DNA of 32,000 nt, taken from Thalassolituus hydrocarboniclasticus. Lineage in GTDB: Bacteria; Pseudomonadota; Gammaproteobacteria; Pseudomonadales; Oceanobacteraceae. The notes beneath the pieces were generated by a model that ran no database searches, was not told where the DNA came from, and worked only from the letters and a program-made list of their open reading frames with translations. Each line of letters starts with the position of its first letter. Position 1 is the stretch's first letter. Both the position numbers and the translations under genes were made by a program. The stretch lies in the NCBI RefSeq assembly GCF_025345565.1, contig NZ_CP054475.1:2844006-2876005 (forward strand). The letters run 5' to 3'. Shown in pieces: positions 9,417 through 18,535 of this stretch.

Positions 9417-9647
9417 AGCAAAGCCCTACATAATGTCTGATAACTAAGATTAGACGCTGATTACAAAGCTGCTAGAGATTCTGCATATAACAGCTTATTC
9501 AGGGGATATTCTGTGGAGGAAAAATGCGTGAAAGATAAAAACTGCTGCAATATGACGGAAAAATGATCACTTCAGCCGCGTTAGTTGCAGGGGGCAACAA
9601 ACGGATAGCGGAGCTCTTTGTCAGTCTTATGCATTAGGTAATGGGGG

Positions 9648-10112
9648 TTAATCTTTATTAACAGAAGTGCGCTGGAATGCGGCGCGGTTTGCCCATTCAT
9701 CAGACTGTTTCTGTAATTCTTTATCTGCTTGCTGCTCGTACTCTCTGTCCAGCCTGTCCATTAATCCGGACAGCGCTTTGACCTTGCCATGATGCTCAAG
9801 ATACTGGCGACGCGCAGCATCTGTGCGATCCTGCAGCAGTCTGATCTGTTCATTCTGAGTCCGGAGTGCGGTTTCAATCTGGCCAATAAAGCCCAGCGTA
9901 TTGTGCAGAAAGCCAGAGCTGAGCGCTTTGCCTGTCGGTGACGACAACTGCTGCTGATACTCGTTGGCATATCCGGTAAGTTGTGCCCGCTGCTGCTCTT
10001 CCTGCTGTAGCTTTTGCTGCAACCGGCCCCATTCCTGCAGTGCCTGCTGCTCGGCTTTTTCTGCCATATCAAGCAGCACCTGCAGACGGCGGGCACGCGG
10101 ATGCTTTCTCAC
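9648..10112 (-). CDS. fliJ: Flagellar export chaperone/stalk protein FliJ
   Basis: 154 aa and coiled-coil, rich in Q, E and R ([30 protein letters not shown]). It has a GTG start overlapping the fliI stop (GTGA). The position after fliI is typical of fliJ. Confidence 0.8.
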   Translation of the reverse strand: MRKHPRARRLQVLLDMAEKAEQQALQEWGRLQQKLQQEEQQRAQLTGYANEYQQQLSSPTGKALSSGFLHNTLGFIGQIETALRTQNEQIRLLQDRTDAARRQYLEHHGKVKALSGLMDRLDREYEQQADKELQKQSDEWANRAAFQRTSVNKD

Positions 10113-11446
10113 TGTTTAGCCTGCGGAGGAGACGGGAATAAATCGTTCAGCTGTTTTTCGCTCGCCGCCATGTCAGCACCTTCGTGCAAGCTCTGGCGCA
10201 GCATCGCTTTGATTTTTGGCAGCCGTTCAATCGCCACATCCAACAGGTTATCGCTGCCAGGCTGATAAGCGCCAACACTGATCAGATCCTGATTCTGACG
10301 GTAATGAGACATCAGTTGTTTACACAGCTGCGCCTTACGCAGCCATTGCTCGCTGACGATCTGCGGCATTACCCGGCTGACCGATGCTTCAACATCAATG
10401 GCGGGATAATGGCCTTCTTCGGCCAGCTTACGTGAAAGCACAATATGGCCATCAAGAATTGCCCGGCTGGCATCGGCGATCGGGTCCTGCATATCATCGC
10501 CTTCACTCAGTACGGTATAAAACGCGGTAATAGAACCGCCACCTTCCTGACCGTTACCAGTGCGTTCAACCAATTTAGGCAATTTATTAAACACCGACGG
10601 CGGATAACCTTTGGTCGCGGGCGGTTCGCCCACCGCCAAAGCAATTTCACGCTGCGCCTGGGCATAACGGGTAAGCGAATCCATCAGCAGCAGAACGTTC
10701 TGCCCCTGATCACGGAAATATTCGGCAACCGAGGTGCAATACTGCGCGGCACGTAAGCGCATTAATGGTGAGTCATCCGCCGGAGAAGCCACCACCACAG
10801 AGCGGCTCAGGCCTTCTTCACCAAGAATTTCGTCAATGAATTCTTTCACCTCACGGCCACGTTCACCGATCAGCCCGACCACAATAATGTCGGCCTGAGT
10901 AAAGCGCGTCATCATACCGAGCAACACGCTTTTACCGACGCCGGAACCGGCAAATAAACCAATACGCTGGCCGCGGCCAACGGTCAGCAAGGCATTGATT
11001 GCACGGATACCAACATCCAGGGTTTCGCGAATGGGAGCACGGTGCAGAGGGTTTATCGGGCGTCCCTGCAGGTTGCCCTGATCAACATCCTGTAAAGGCC
11101 CTTTCTGGTCCAGCGGCCGCCCCGTGCCGTCCAGCACGCGGCCAAGCAGGTTAAACCCCACCGGAACATCAGCAGCAACCGACAGAGGCCATACCCGGGC
11201 GCCGGCGCGCAGGCCATCGACCTGCTCAATCGGCATCAGGAAAATACGTTCACGGTCAAAGCCAACGACTTCGGCTTCGATATCCTCGGCCTGCTTACGC
11301 TCGACCATGCAGCGGTCACCCACCCGCACGCTCAGCCCTACCGCTTCCAGGGTCAGGCCAACCATCCGGACAAGCCGTCCGGCTACTTTCGGCTGATAGG
11401 GTTTTTCCGGCAACTGAATATGCTGCCAGCGCTCACTCAGGCTCAT
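10109..11446 (-). CDS. fliI: Flagellum-specific ATPase FliI
   Basis: Walker A is [13 protein letters not shown] and Walker B is [15 protein letters not shown] moved the start to [12 protein letters not shown] (ATG at 11446), which overlaps the fliH end by 14 nt. The 77 upstream residues in the track ORF lie inside fliH in another frame. Confidence 0.95.
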   Translation of the reverse strand: MSLSERWQHIQLPEKPYQPKVAGRLVRMVGLTLEAVGLSVRVGDRCMVERKQAEDIEAEVVGFDRERIFLMPIEQVDGLRAGARVWPLSVAADVPVGFNLLGRVLDGTGRPLDQKGPLQDVDQGNLQGRPINPLHRAPIRETLDVGIRAINALLTVGRGQRIGLFAGSGVGKSVLLGMMTRFTQADIIVVGLIGERGREVKEFIDEILGEEGLSRSVVVASPADDSPLMRLRAAQYCTSVAEYFRDQGQNVLLLMDSLTRYAQAQREIALAVGEPPATKGYPPSVFNKLPKLVERTGNGQEGGGSITAFYTVLSEGDDMQDPIADASRAILDGHIVLSRKLAEEGHYPAIDVEASVSRVMPQIVSEQWLRKAQLCKQLMSHYRQNQDLISVGAYQPGSDNLLDVAIERLPKIKAMLRQSLHEGADMAASEKQLNDLFPSPPQAKQ

Positions 11447-12491
11447 ATCCGTGATCCTCATCAGGCTCAGCATTATCTGCGTCATCCTGACCAGCCGGCG
11501 CATCATTCTGGCTATCGCCGCCTGTATTAAGCGCTGTACTGAAGGCGGTGTTGATTTCGGAACCAGCAGATTCAGATACATCCGCCGGCAATTGCTCAGC
11601 CACTGAAGCCGCTGCAGGAGCAGACTCTGCTTCCGGCAACTGTTGCTGTTCACTCTCATCCGGAAAACTGGCTGCATGATGCATCAGTTGTGGTAACACA
11701 CTGTCGAGCAACTGATTAAGGTGGTCAGCCGCGGAATATTCCACCAGTGAGTGTTCACTTTCGATACGGCAAGCACCAGCCGGGAGTTTATCATCCACAC
11801 TGTAATGCAGTTCCTGGCCGGTAACATCCAGACTGGCCTGCAGATGACGGGCATCATCCGGACCAACAAACACTTTGATCTCTTCCTCGCCTGACGGTAA
11901 CTCGGCAAGCGCATGCTGCACAAAGCGGTGAATATTCACGGCGCCATCGGCCAGCTGAGAGCCAATAACCCGTTCGCAGATTCCGGCCACCAGTGCCGCC
12001 AGAACCTCCGGCAACTGCTGATCCCGCTCGTTCAGTGCACTCTGCAGTTGTTTTATAACCCGCTCAAGACGCCCGACCACGGCATTGATATCGGCCTGGC
12101 CTTTGCGTTTGCCATCCGCCTCACCGGCACCAAAGCCTTCTTCCCGGCCTTCGGCATGGCCCTGATCAAAAGCTGCTTTATAGCCTTCGGCATGTCCGGT
12201 GTCATAGCCTTCACGCTGCCCTTGCTGACGCCCTTCGATAAGCCCCTGCTCAAGACCCGCGTTATAAGCATCGCGGCGGATATTTTCCAGCTCTTCGGCC
12301 GTCGGCAGACTGACATCAGCAATATCATCGCCCTCATCGGAGGACTGTTCTGCCGCTGCTTTTTCAGCCGCTTCCTTCTCCACCAGCCAGGCCGGAGGCT
12401 CGGTCCAGAATGGCAGGCGCCAGGGTTTTACCTCCCTGGCTTCTTTAGCAGGAATGGGCGGCAGATGATGCTTCTGATGAAGTTCTGTCAT
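11433..12491 (-). CDS. fliH: Flagellar assembly protein FliH (with an 82-aa acidic C-terminal extension)
   Basis: 352 aa. It has Gly-repeat segments ([29 protein letters not shown]) and a FliH core (VIKQLQSAL...[11 protein letters not shown]). It lies between fliG and fliI. Confidence 0.85.
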   Translation of the reverse strand: MTELHQKHHLPPIPAKEAREVKPWRLPFWTEPPAWLVEKEAAEKAAAEQSSDEGDDIADVSLPTAEELENIRRDAYNAGLEQGLIEGRQQGQREGYDTGHAEGYKAAFDQGHAEGREEGFGAGEADGKRKGQADINAVVGRLERVIKQLQSALNERDQQLPEVLAALVAGICERVIGSQLADGAVNIHRFVQHALAELPSGEEEIKVFVGPDDARHLQASLDVTGQELHYSVDDKLPAGACRIESEHSLVEYSAADHLNQLLDSVLPQLMHHAASFPDESEQQQLPEAESAPAAASVAEQLPADVSESAGSEINTAFSTALNTGGDSQNDAPAGQDDADNAEPDEDHGYEPE

Positions 12492-12492
12492 G

Positions 12493-13527
12493 TTACATCA
12501 TGGCCTCACCGCCACCGCCCAGCACGATTTCGCCGGCATCGGCCAGACGACGGGCGATGGTGAGAATTTCTTTCTGTGCGCCTTCCACTTCGCTGACTTT
12601 GACCGGCCCTTTGGCCTCAAGGTCATCACGCAGCAGTTCGGCTGCACGTTTGGACATATTTTTGAAGATTTTTTCCTGTACCAGCGGGTCGGCGCCTTTC
12701 AGCGCAACCACCAACAGATCGGTAGAAACTTCGCGCATCAGAGCCTGAATACCGCGGTCGTCGACATCCACCAGATTGTCGAAAACGAACATAAGGTCCT
12801 GGATCTGAATACCCAGATCTTCGTCCACTTCCTTGATCTGTTCGAGCAGATCGCTGGCCATAGTACTGTCGACGAAGTTGACGATATTGGCCGCCACTTT
12901 GACACCACCAATACTGGTGGTCTGCGCGCCCGCTTTGCCGGAGAACTGACGCTCAAGAATATCGTTCAGTTCGTGCAGCGCTGCCGGCTGTACCGCTTCC
13001 AGTGCGGCGACACGCATGATGATATCGAGGCGGACTTTCTCATCAAAATTGGAGAGGATTTCCGCCGACTGATCGGCGTCCAGATACGAGACCACAATGG
13101 CCTGAATCTGCGGGTGCTCATGACGGATCAGGTCAGCCACCTGACGCGATTCCATCCATTTCAGCGAGTCCAGACCGGTGGTGTTACCGCCCAGCAGGAT
13201 ACGGTCGATGAGCGCACCGGCCTTATCATTCCCCAGCGCCTGAGTCAGCATGTTACGGATGTAATTATCCGAGCCCAGCCCCATACCGGTCTGACCGCTC
13301 ACCGCTTCAAGGAACTCGGCCACAACCCCTTCGACCTGGGTCTGGTTAATATTATTCAGAGTCGCCATCGCGGTACCGACGCGCTGTACTTCTTTCGGCC
13401 CCATATGCTTCAGAATTTCGGCCGCATCTTTTTCGCCCAGACTCATCAGCAGTACGGCAGCACGCTCCAGCCGGCTGAGTTTGGTCAGGCCGCTATCAGC
13501 TTCCGCTGGTGTGTTCTCATTTGCCAT
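12493..13527 (-). CDS. fliG: Flagellar motor switch protein FliG
   Basis: 344 aa, beginning LSRLERAAVLLMSLGEKDAAEILKHMGPKEVQRV, with C-terminal torque-helix motifs (ALKGADP, MSKRAAELLRDDLE). Confidence 0.95.
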   Translation of the reverse strand: MANENTPAEADSGLTKLSRLERAAVLLMSLGEKDAAEILKHMGPKEVQRVGTAMATLNNINQTQVEGVVAEFLEAVSGQTGMGLGSDNYIRNMLTQALGNDKAGALIDRILLGGNTTGLDSLKWMESRQVADLIRHEHPQIQAIVVSYLDADQSAEILSNFDEKVRLDIIMRVAALEAVQPAALHELNDILERQFSGKAGAQTTSIGGVKVAANIVNFVDSTMASDLLEQIKEVDEDLGIQIQDLMFVFDNLVDVDDRGIQALMREVSTDLLVVALKGADPLVQEKIFKNMSKRAAELLRDDLEAKGPVKVSEVEGAQKEILTIARRLADAGEIVLGGGGEAMM

Positions 13528-15205
13528 GATCTTCGTTCACCCACTTGATTACGACCTGAGCTACCCGCGCCGGATCTTCGGCAATCAGCCCTTTCAGTGC
13601 ATCCAGCTGGCGCTCAAAACTTTCTGACGCCCCCGGCAGCAGGAATTCATCCATACCCGCCAGGGTGACTTTGTCATCATCCAGACCGGCTTCAGCGTCC
13701 TCCAGCTCATCCAGCAGGATCGAAGCTTCGTCGCGTCCACGGTTGGCAATACTCTTGATAGTAGGCCTGATCACACCAAAGATCAGCACCAGAATAAACA
13801 GGCCGGCAAGAATTTGTTTCATGATTTCCCAGAACCATGGCTGGGTCCAGAAATCCGGATCACCCAGTTCAATTTCGCCTTTGCCCATAAAGGGTGAATT
13901 AATGACGTTGACGCTGTCGCCGCGGGAGGCATTAAAACCAACGGCATCTTTTACCAGTACTTCAAGACGCTGCAGGTCGTTATCCGTCCAGGGGGTATAA
14001 ACCGTTTCGCCTTCGGCATTCACACTCGCGCGGTCATTCACCACCACAGCAACGGTCAGGCGGCGGATACGGCCAACCTGCTGTTGTTTATAACTCAGAG
14101 TGCGGTCAATTTCGTAATTACGGGTCGATTCAGAGCGGCGGTTAACCGCTGCACCAGCGCCTCCGGCACCACCATTAGCGACTTCCGGTGCATTGGCCGC
14201 AGCCGGCGGCTGATTGGACAAGGCTCCCGGAATTCCGCCGTTGGTTTTATCGGCATTTTCTTCGTTGAGTAACTGCTCGCTGCGCAGGGCAATTAAATCC
14301 GGGTTGTACAGTTCTTCACTTTGCTCCTGTACCGTGAAATCAACATCGGCCGAGACCTCTGCTTTATAGTTGTCGCTGCCCAGCACCGGCTTAAGAATAT
14401 TATTCACCGCCTGGGTAATTGAGCTCTGAACTTTTTCGGTATATTCAAGCTGTTTGTGAGCCAGCATTTCGCCGCTCTGCTCTTCTATTTTTGACAGCAG
14501 ATTACCCTGCTGATCAACCACCGACACATCGGCCCGATCCATTTCGCTGACACTGGATGCCACCAGATTAACAATGGCTTCCACCTGATCGCGGGATAAA
14601 TCACGACCGGCATATAATTCAACAAAGACCGACGCCCGCGGCTTGCGCTGATCGCGAACAAACACCGATTGTTTTGGCAATGCCAGATGCACACGGGCAT
14701 TACGCACCGATTTCACACTGGCAATAGTACGCGCCAGCTCACCTTCCAGGCCACGGCGATAACGGGCATTTTCAATAAACTGGCTGGTCCCCAGTGTGCT
14801 GTCTTTATCCAGCACTTCAAGACCAACGGTTTTATCGTCAATTAAGCTGGCGGCGGCCAGTTTCATTCTGGCTTCATGCAGATCCCCGGCCTGCACCATT
14901 AATATCTGGGTCGTGGGATCAATTTCGAAGGGGATACTTTCGCGCTGCAGTACCTCAATAATGTCCTGCGCATTATGATCCTGCAGACGATGAATCAACG
15001 GTTTATAGCTTGGTTCACGCGACCACATCAGAATGGCAATCGCCAAGGCAATCACCAGCGCGATACCGGCAATAACACCGATCTGACGAACAATAGAAAG
15101 ACGATTAAAACCCGATAAAACCGGGTGACCAGCCTCTGCCGTTTCCTGCGCGGCAGGCGGAGAAACTTCCAGATCGTCGGTCGTTGATGCGGCTGCGTTA
15201 TCCAT
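13517..15205 (-). CDS. fliF: Flagellar MS-ring protein FliF
   Basis: 562 aa. It has an N-terminal TM segment, FliF/YscJ-type ring-building motifs (IPFEIDPTTQILMV, LARTIASVKSVRNARVHLALP) and a C-terminal TM segment. It overlaps the fliG start by 11 nt. Confidence 0.95.
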   Translation of the reverse strand: MDNAAASTTDDLEVSPPAAQETAEAGHPVLSGFNRLSIVRQIGVIAGIALVIALAIAILMWSREPSYKPLIHRLQDHNAQDIIEVLQRESIPFEIDPTTQILMVQAGDLHEARMKLAAASLIDDKTVGLEVLDKDSTLGTSQFIENARYRRGLEGELARTIASVKSVRNARVHLALPKQSVFVRDQRKPRASVFVELYAGRDLSRDQVEAIVNLVASSVSEMDRADVSVVDQQGNLLSKIEEQSGEMLAHKQLEYTEKVQSSITQAVNNILKPVLGSDNYKAEVSADVDFTVQEQSEELYNPDLIALRSEQLLNEENADKTNGGIPGALSNQPPAAANAPEVANGGAGGAGAAVNRRSESTRNYEIDRTLSYKQQQVGRIRRLTVAVVVNDRASVNAEGETVYTPWTDNDLQRLEVLVKDAVGFNASRGDSVNVINSPFMGKGEIELGDPDFWTQPWFWEIMKQILAGLFILVLIFGVIRPTIKSIANRGRDEASILLDELEDAEAGLDDDKVTLAGMDEFLLPGASESFERQLDALKGLIAEDPARVAQVVIKWVNEDHGK

Positions 15206-15220
15206 AAGTCAGTACCAGAA

Positions 15221-15619
15221 TTAAACCGGCATATTCATAACGTCTTTATAAGCTTCGACCAGTTTATTACGCACTTGGGTCATAGCCTGAAAAGAAACGC
15301 TGGATTTTTGCAGGGCAATCATCACTTCCGGTAAATCAACGGAAGGATCACCCTGCTCAAAACGGGTTGCCAGATTACCGGCAACTTTCTGATTGGCATT
15401 CACACTGTCGATGGCATTTTTAAACATGCTCTGAAAATCCGGTACGGTATTATCACCCCGTACTGCGGTTTCATTTTCGTTCAGCTTTGCCTGTCGAACC
15501 TGATTCAGTGTGGTTTGTGGATTGACTGACTGCGGTGCATTGGCATTCTGGCTGCGCAGCTGGTTTTTCACCTGCCGCATCTGCATCAGAACCGAATTAA
15601 TATCTACGCGATCAACCAT
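15221..15619 (-). CDS. fliE: Flagellar hook-basal body complex protein FliE
   Basis: 132 aa. The conserved C-terminus reads PEVMIALQKSSVSFQAMTQVRNKLVEAYKDVMNMPV. A GAGGGT RBS precedes it, and it lies directly upstream of fliF. Confidence 0.85.
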   Translation of the reverse strand: MVDRVDINSVLMQMRQVKNQLRSQNANAPQSVNPQTTLNQVRQAKLNENETAVRGDNTVPDFQSMFKNAIDSVNANQKVAGNLATRFEQGDPSVDLPEVMIALQKSSVSFQAMTQVRNKLVEAYKDVMNMPV

Positions 15620-15659
15620 GTTGTTACCCTCAGCACTGCAATGATGGTCTGCCTGTTAC

Positions 15660-15673
15660 TTCAGAAATTTGAC
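15660..15673. promoter_or_regulatory. Candidate FleQ-box in the fliE leader, downstream of the sigma-54 promoter
   Basis: The site is TTCAGAAATTTGAC (10 of 13 specified positions). It overlaps a TGAC-N7-GTCA inverted repeat at 15670-15684. Confidence 0.25.
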
Positions 15674-15710
15674 GCTTTTAGTCACTTTTCTTACTCCTTT
15701 TACTGACACT

Positions 15711-15725
15711 GCAATAGCCTTGCCA
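15711..15725 (-). promoter_or_regulatory. Sigma-54 (RpoN) promoter upstream of fliE
   Basis: The minus strand reads TGGCAAGGCTATTGC, which is GG-N10-GC with canonical TGGCA-N6-TTGC spacing. It lies 92 nt upstream of the fliE ATG and 16 nt after the fleR stop. Confidence 0.6.
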
Positions 15726-15740
15726 GTTTATAAAGAAGAA

Positions 15741-17111
15741 TCAGGAAACCAGCATGGCCTCGACATCCACACCTTCATCACGCAGTTTCGCCATTTTATA
15801 ACGCAGGGTACGCGGGCTGATTCCCAGACGGTCAGCGGCTTCTTTGCGGCTTGGCTCTTCTTTCAAGGCGCGCACAATCAATTCCACCTCGCGGTGGCGC
15901 AGGTCACTCCCCAGCTCGCCATCATCCACGATCACTTCCGCCATTACAGGTGTTACTACACTGGTATTTTCCTGACGGTTTTTCGGCACCGGAGTCAGAA
16001 TAAAATCATTGGCGAATAATTGCGGGCCGGTTTGCATAATTAACGCGCGCTGCATGGTGTTATCCAGCTCCCGGACGTTGCCCGGCCAGGGATGGGCCAG
16101 CAATTTCTGCTCAGCATCTGCCATCAGACGCGGTACAGGACGTTTCATTTTACGCGCATGGTGTGCCAGCAAGCGTCCGGCCAATGGCAGGATATCGTCT
16201 TTACGTTCACGCAATGGCAGCCACTGCAGCGGGAAAACACTCAGGCGGTAATATAAATCTTCGCGGAATTTTCCTTCGGCAACATAGTCGGCCAGTTCAC
16301 GGTTGGTGGTGGCGACAATACGCACATCCAGATCGAGCACTTTTTTTCCGCCCAGACGCTCAACCTGACGCTCCTGTAATACACGCAATAATTTGGCCTG
16401 CAGACCAAGGTCCATTTCCGTGATTTCATCAAGCAATAAGGTGCCACCTTCTGCCTGCTCGAATTTACCCGGCATGGCGTTATAAGCACCGGTAAATGCA
16501 CCTTTTTCATAACCGAACAGCATGGCTTCCAGCATGTTTTCCGGAATCGCGGCACAGTTAATAGCTATAAAAGGCTGGTGACGACGCCCTGACTGCTGGT
16601 GAATATATCGCGCCAGTACTTCTTTACCTGTGCCACTTTCACCGCTGATAAGCACGGTAGAATCGGTCTGCGCGACTCTCTGCGCCAGCTGGAATAACTG
16701 CTGCGATGCCAGCGCTTCACATACAGGTTCGGAGTCATCGGCCACCGGCGCATCGTTATTAAACGGACGCAGCAAAGCATCCAGCTCCTGCAATTCGAAG
16801 GGTTTCATTAAATAATCATTGGCCCCACGTTGCATGGCTTTAACTGCCTGGCCAACATCGCCATAGGCGGTCATCAGCACTACCGGCAGCCAGGGATGCT
16901 CCTGCTTAATGGTCTGCAGTAATTCCAGCCCGTCCATGCCCGGCATATTGATATCCGACAGAACCAGATCAAGATTCTGGCTGCGGACAATGGCAATCGC
17001 CTCGACACCATTCGGCGCTTCACACACCTCATGGCCTTTCAGCATCAGGGTATCAACAATAGCTTCGCGCAGACGCGGATCATCTTCCACTACCAATAAA
17101 CGCATAATCAT
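15741..17111 (-). CDS. fleR: Sigma-54-dependent flagellar response regulator FleR (FlrC)
   Basis: 456 aa. It has a receiver domain (LLVVEDD, LVLSDINMPGMDG), a sigma-54 AAA+ domain ([14 protein letters not shown]) and a C-terminal Fis-type HTH. It lies 18 nt after fleS. Confidence 0.9.
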   Translation of the reverse strand: MIMRLLVVEDDPRLREAIVDTLMLKGHEVCEAPNGVEAIAIVRSQNLDLVLSDINMPGMDGLELLQTIKQEHPWLPVVLMTAYGDVGQAVKAMQRGANDYLMKPFELQELDALLRPFNNDAPVADDSEPVCEALASQQLFQLAQRVAQTDSTVLISGESGTGKEVLARYIHQQSGRRHQPFIAINCAAIPENMLEAMLFGYEKGAFTGAYNAMPGKFEQAEGGTLLLDEITEMDLGLQAKLLRVLQERQVERLGGKKVLDLDVRIVATTNRELADYVAEGKFREDLYYRLSVFPLQWLPLRERKDDILPLAGRLLAHHARKMKRPVPRLMADAEQKLLAHPWPGNVRELDNTMQRALIMQTGPQLFANDFILTPVPKNRQENTSVVTPVMAEVIVDDGELGSDLRHREVELIVRALKEEPSRKEAADRLGISPRTLRYKMAKLRDEGVDVEAMLVS

Positions 17112-17129
17112 TTCCTCCGTTCTGACGGC

Positions 17130-18332
17130 TTAAACCGGCAAAATTAATTCCGCCGACACGCCACCGGCCGGACTGTCTGTTAATAAAAAGTCTGCCCGAT
17201 GAGCACGGGCAACTGCCTGAACGACAGCCAGACCAAGACCTGTACCATTGGCTTTAGTGGTATAAAAAGGCTCCATGATTTTCTGTTTCTGCTCCGCACT
17301 CATACCCGGACCGTTATCCATTACCTGAATACGGACACGGCCTTCGCGGGTGGCACTGACCAGAATTTCCAGATGCACAGGGTTGCTGCTGGATTCCAGC
17401 GCGTTATTCACAAGGTTCATCAGCGAACTGATCAGTGCATCACGGTTACAGACAATACGGACATGCGGAATCTGATTGTCGATATGACAGGTCGCGGCAA
17501 AATTCGCCAGCGGCACCTCCATCGCTGCGGCCACACCCTGCATTAATTGTTCGAGGGTCACTTCATCATTTAATGGCGCTTCACCACGGGCAAAAATCAG
17601 CATGTCGCGCACCTGATTTTCCAGGTGACGCAAACGTTCCTGCAGTTTTCCGGCAAAGCGGATACGGGTATCTTCGGCGATCTGTTCACCGGCCAGATGT
17701 CCGGCGTACAACGTGGCTGCCGCCAGTGGTGTACGGATCTGATGGGCCAGCGATGCGACCATTTTGCCCATCGCTGACAAGCGTTCGTGCTGACTCAGCT
17801 GCGCCTGCAGGGCACGGGTTTCGGTCATATCGGTTAACAGAATTAATTGCCCCGGCTCATTGGCCATCGGGGCTGTACGCAGGTGTACACGGCGACCGTC
17901 AACCAGAGAAATTTCATGGCCATCATCGCGGCGCGGCTTAAAACATTTCTGAATTAACGTGCGCCAGCGCTGGCCACACAAAGATGCAGCTCCGGAAGCA
18001 GCTAACAGCAGCTCGTCTGCGGCCGGATTGCTCTGGCGGACATAACCGTTTTTATCCAACAGCAGAACGCCGGCCGGTAATAATTGCAGCAGACTTTCCA
18101 GGCGGTGCGCGAGCCGCTCTTTTTCCGCGAGCTCCTGCATACGCTGCGCCGAGACATTGGCTAACTCACCACTGAGCTGCTCAACTTTATTTTCCAGAAA
18201 ACTGTAGGAGTCCGTCAGTTGCTGAGACATTTCACTGAACAGCACAAAGGCCTGGCGTAACTCTGCCTGATCCATATGTCCTGACGCTGGCGAAAGATGC
18301 TCTCTCACCTGACTCAACGCTGCATTTGCCAT
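17130..18332 (-). CDS. fleS: Flagellar sensor histidine kinase FleS (FlrB)
   Basis: It has a PAS-like N-terminus, an H-box (SLAHQIRTPL) and an HATPase domain (DNGPGM, GTGLGLAVV). The track ORF begins at a TTG (18365). I prefer the ATG at 18332 (MANAALSQV), which is preceded by GAGGTG. Confidence 0.85.
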   Translation of the reverse strand: MANAALSQVREHLSPASGHMDQAELRQAFVLFSEMSQQLTDSYSFLENKVEQLSGELANVSAQRMQELAEKERLAHRLESLLQLLPAGVLLLDKNGYVRQSNPAADELLLAASGAASLCGQRWRTLIQKCFKPRRDDGHEISLVDGRRVHLRTAPMANEPGQLILLTDMTETRALQAQLSQHERLSAMGKMVASLAHQIRTPLAAATLYAGHLAGEQIAEDTRIRFAGKLQERLRHLENQVRDMLIFARGEAPLNDEVTLEQLMQGVAAAMEVPLANFAATCHIDNQIPHVRIVCNRDALISSLMNLVNNALESSSNPVHLEILVSATREGRVRIQVMDNGPGMSAEQKQKIMEPFYTTKANGTGLGLAVVQAVARAHRADFLLTDSPAGGVSAELILPV

Positions 18333-18389
18333 ATCCACCTCAGTTGCTTGTCGAAAAACCGACAAAAAAACAGTCTGAACATGGGTTGA

Positions 18390-18404
18390 GCAATTAGCGT
18401 GCCG
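18390..18404 (-). promoter_or_regulatory. Sigma-54 (RpoN) promoter upstream of fleS-fleR
   Basis: The minus strand reads CGGCACGCTAATTGC, against the consensus TGGCACG-N4-TTGC. It lies 58 nt upstream of the preferred fleS ATG (18332). Confidence 0.65.
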
Positions 18405-18433
18405 TTTTTTTAGCGCGATTCATAAAGAAAAGC

Positions 18434-18447
18434 GTCAATAAAATAAG
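18434..18447. promoter_or_regulatory. Candidate FleQ-box upstream of the fleSR sigma-54 promoter
   Basis: The site is GTCAATAAAATAAG, against my recollected P. aeruginosa FleQ consensus GTCaNTAAAtTGAC. It matches 10 of 13 specified positions, and the left half matches perfectly. It lies 30 nt upstream of the -24 element. Confidence 0.25.
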
Positions 18448-18469
18448 AAGATTCGGAGGATGGGGGTAC

Positions 18470-18504
18470 AGAAGGAAAGAGAAACGCCGCGCAAAGCGCG
18501 GCGT
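18470..18504 (-). terminator. Rho-independent terminator downstream of fleQ
   Basis: A perfect 9-bp GC-rich stem, ACGCCGCGC-aaa-GCGCGGCGT (18484-18504), is followed on the minus strand by TTCTCTTTCCTTC. It lies 32 nt after the fleQ stop. Confidence 0.6.
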
Positions 18505-18535
18505 ATCTGCGGACTATTCAAAAAAGAAGACACCT

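Noticed and set aside
9524-9538. A mini-ORF, ATG CGT GAA AGA TAA, with a strong GGAGGA SD, on the plus strand of the fliJ/che intergenic region
   Set aside because: It has only 4 codons, sits on the strand opposite to all neighbouring genes and has nothing downstream to regulate. It is most likely chance.
9584-9598. The hairpin GTTGC-agggg-GCAAC, considered as a fliJ terminator
   Set aside because: The stem is only 5 bp and no T-tract follows on the minus strand.
11447-11677. The 77-codon N-terminal extension of the fliI ORF
   Set aside because: It overlaps the fliH 3' region in another frame and its sequence ([17 protein letters not shown]...) is not FliI-like. Conserved FliI begins at MSLSERW (11446).
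12490-13548. A 352-aa plus-strand ORF spanning the whole of fliG on the opposite strand
   Set aside because: It is exactly antisense to a very well-supported fliG. Its translation is low-complexity and rich in H, F and Q, with no recognisable motif or RBS. It is a typical stop-free shadow ORF caused by codon bias.
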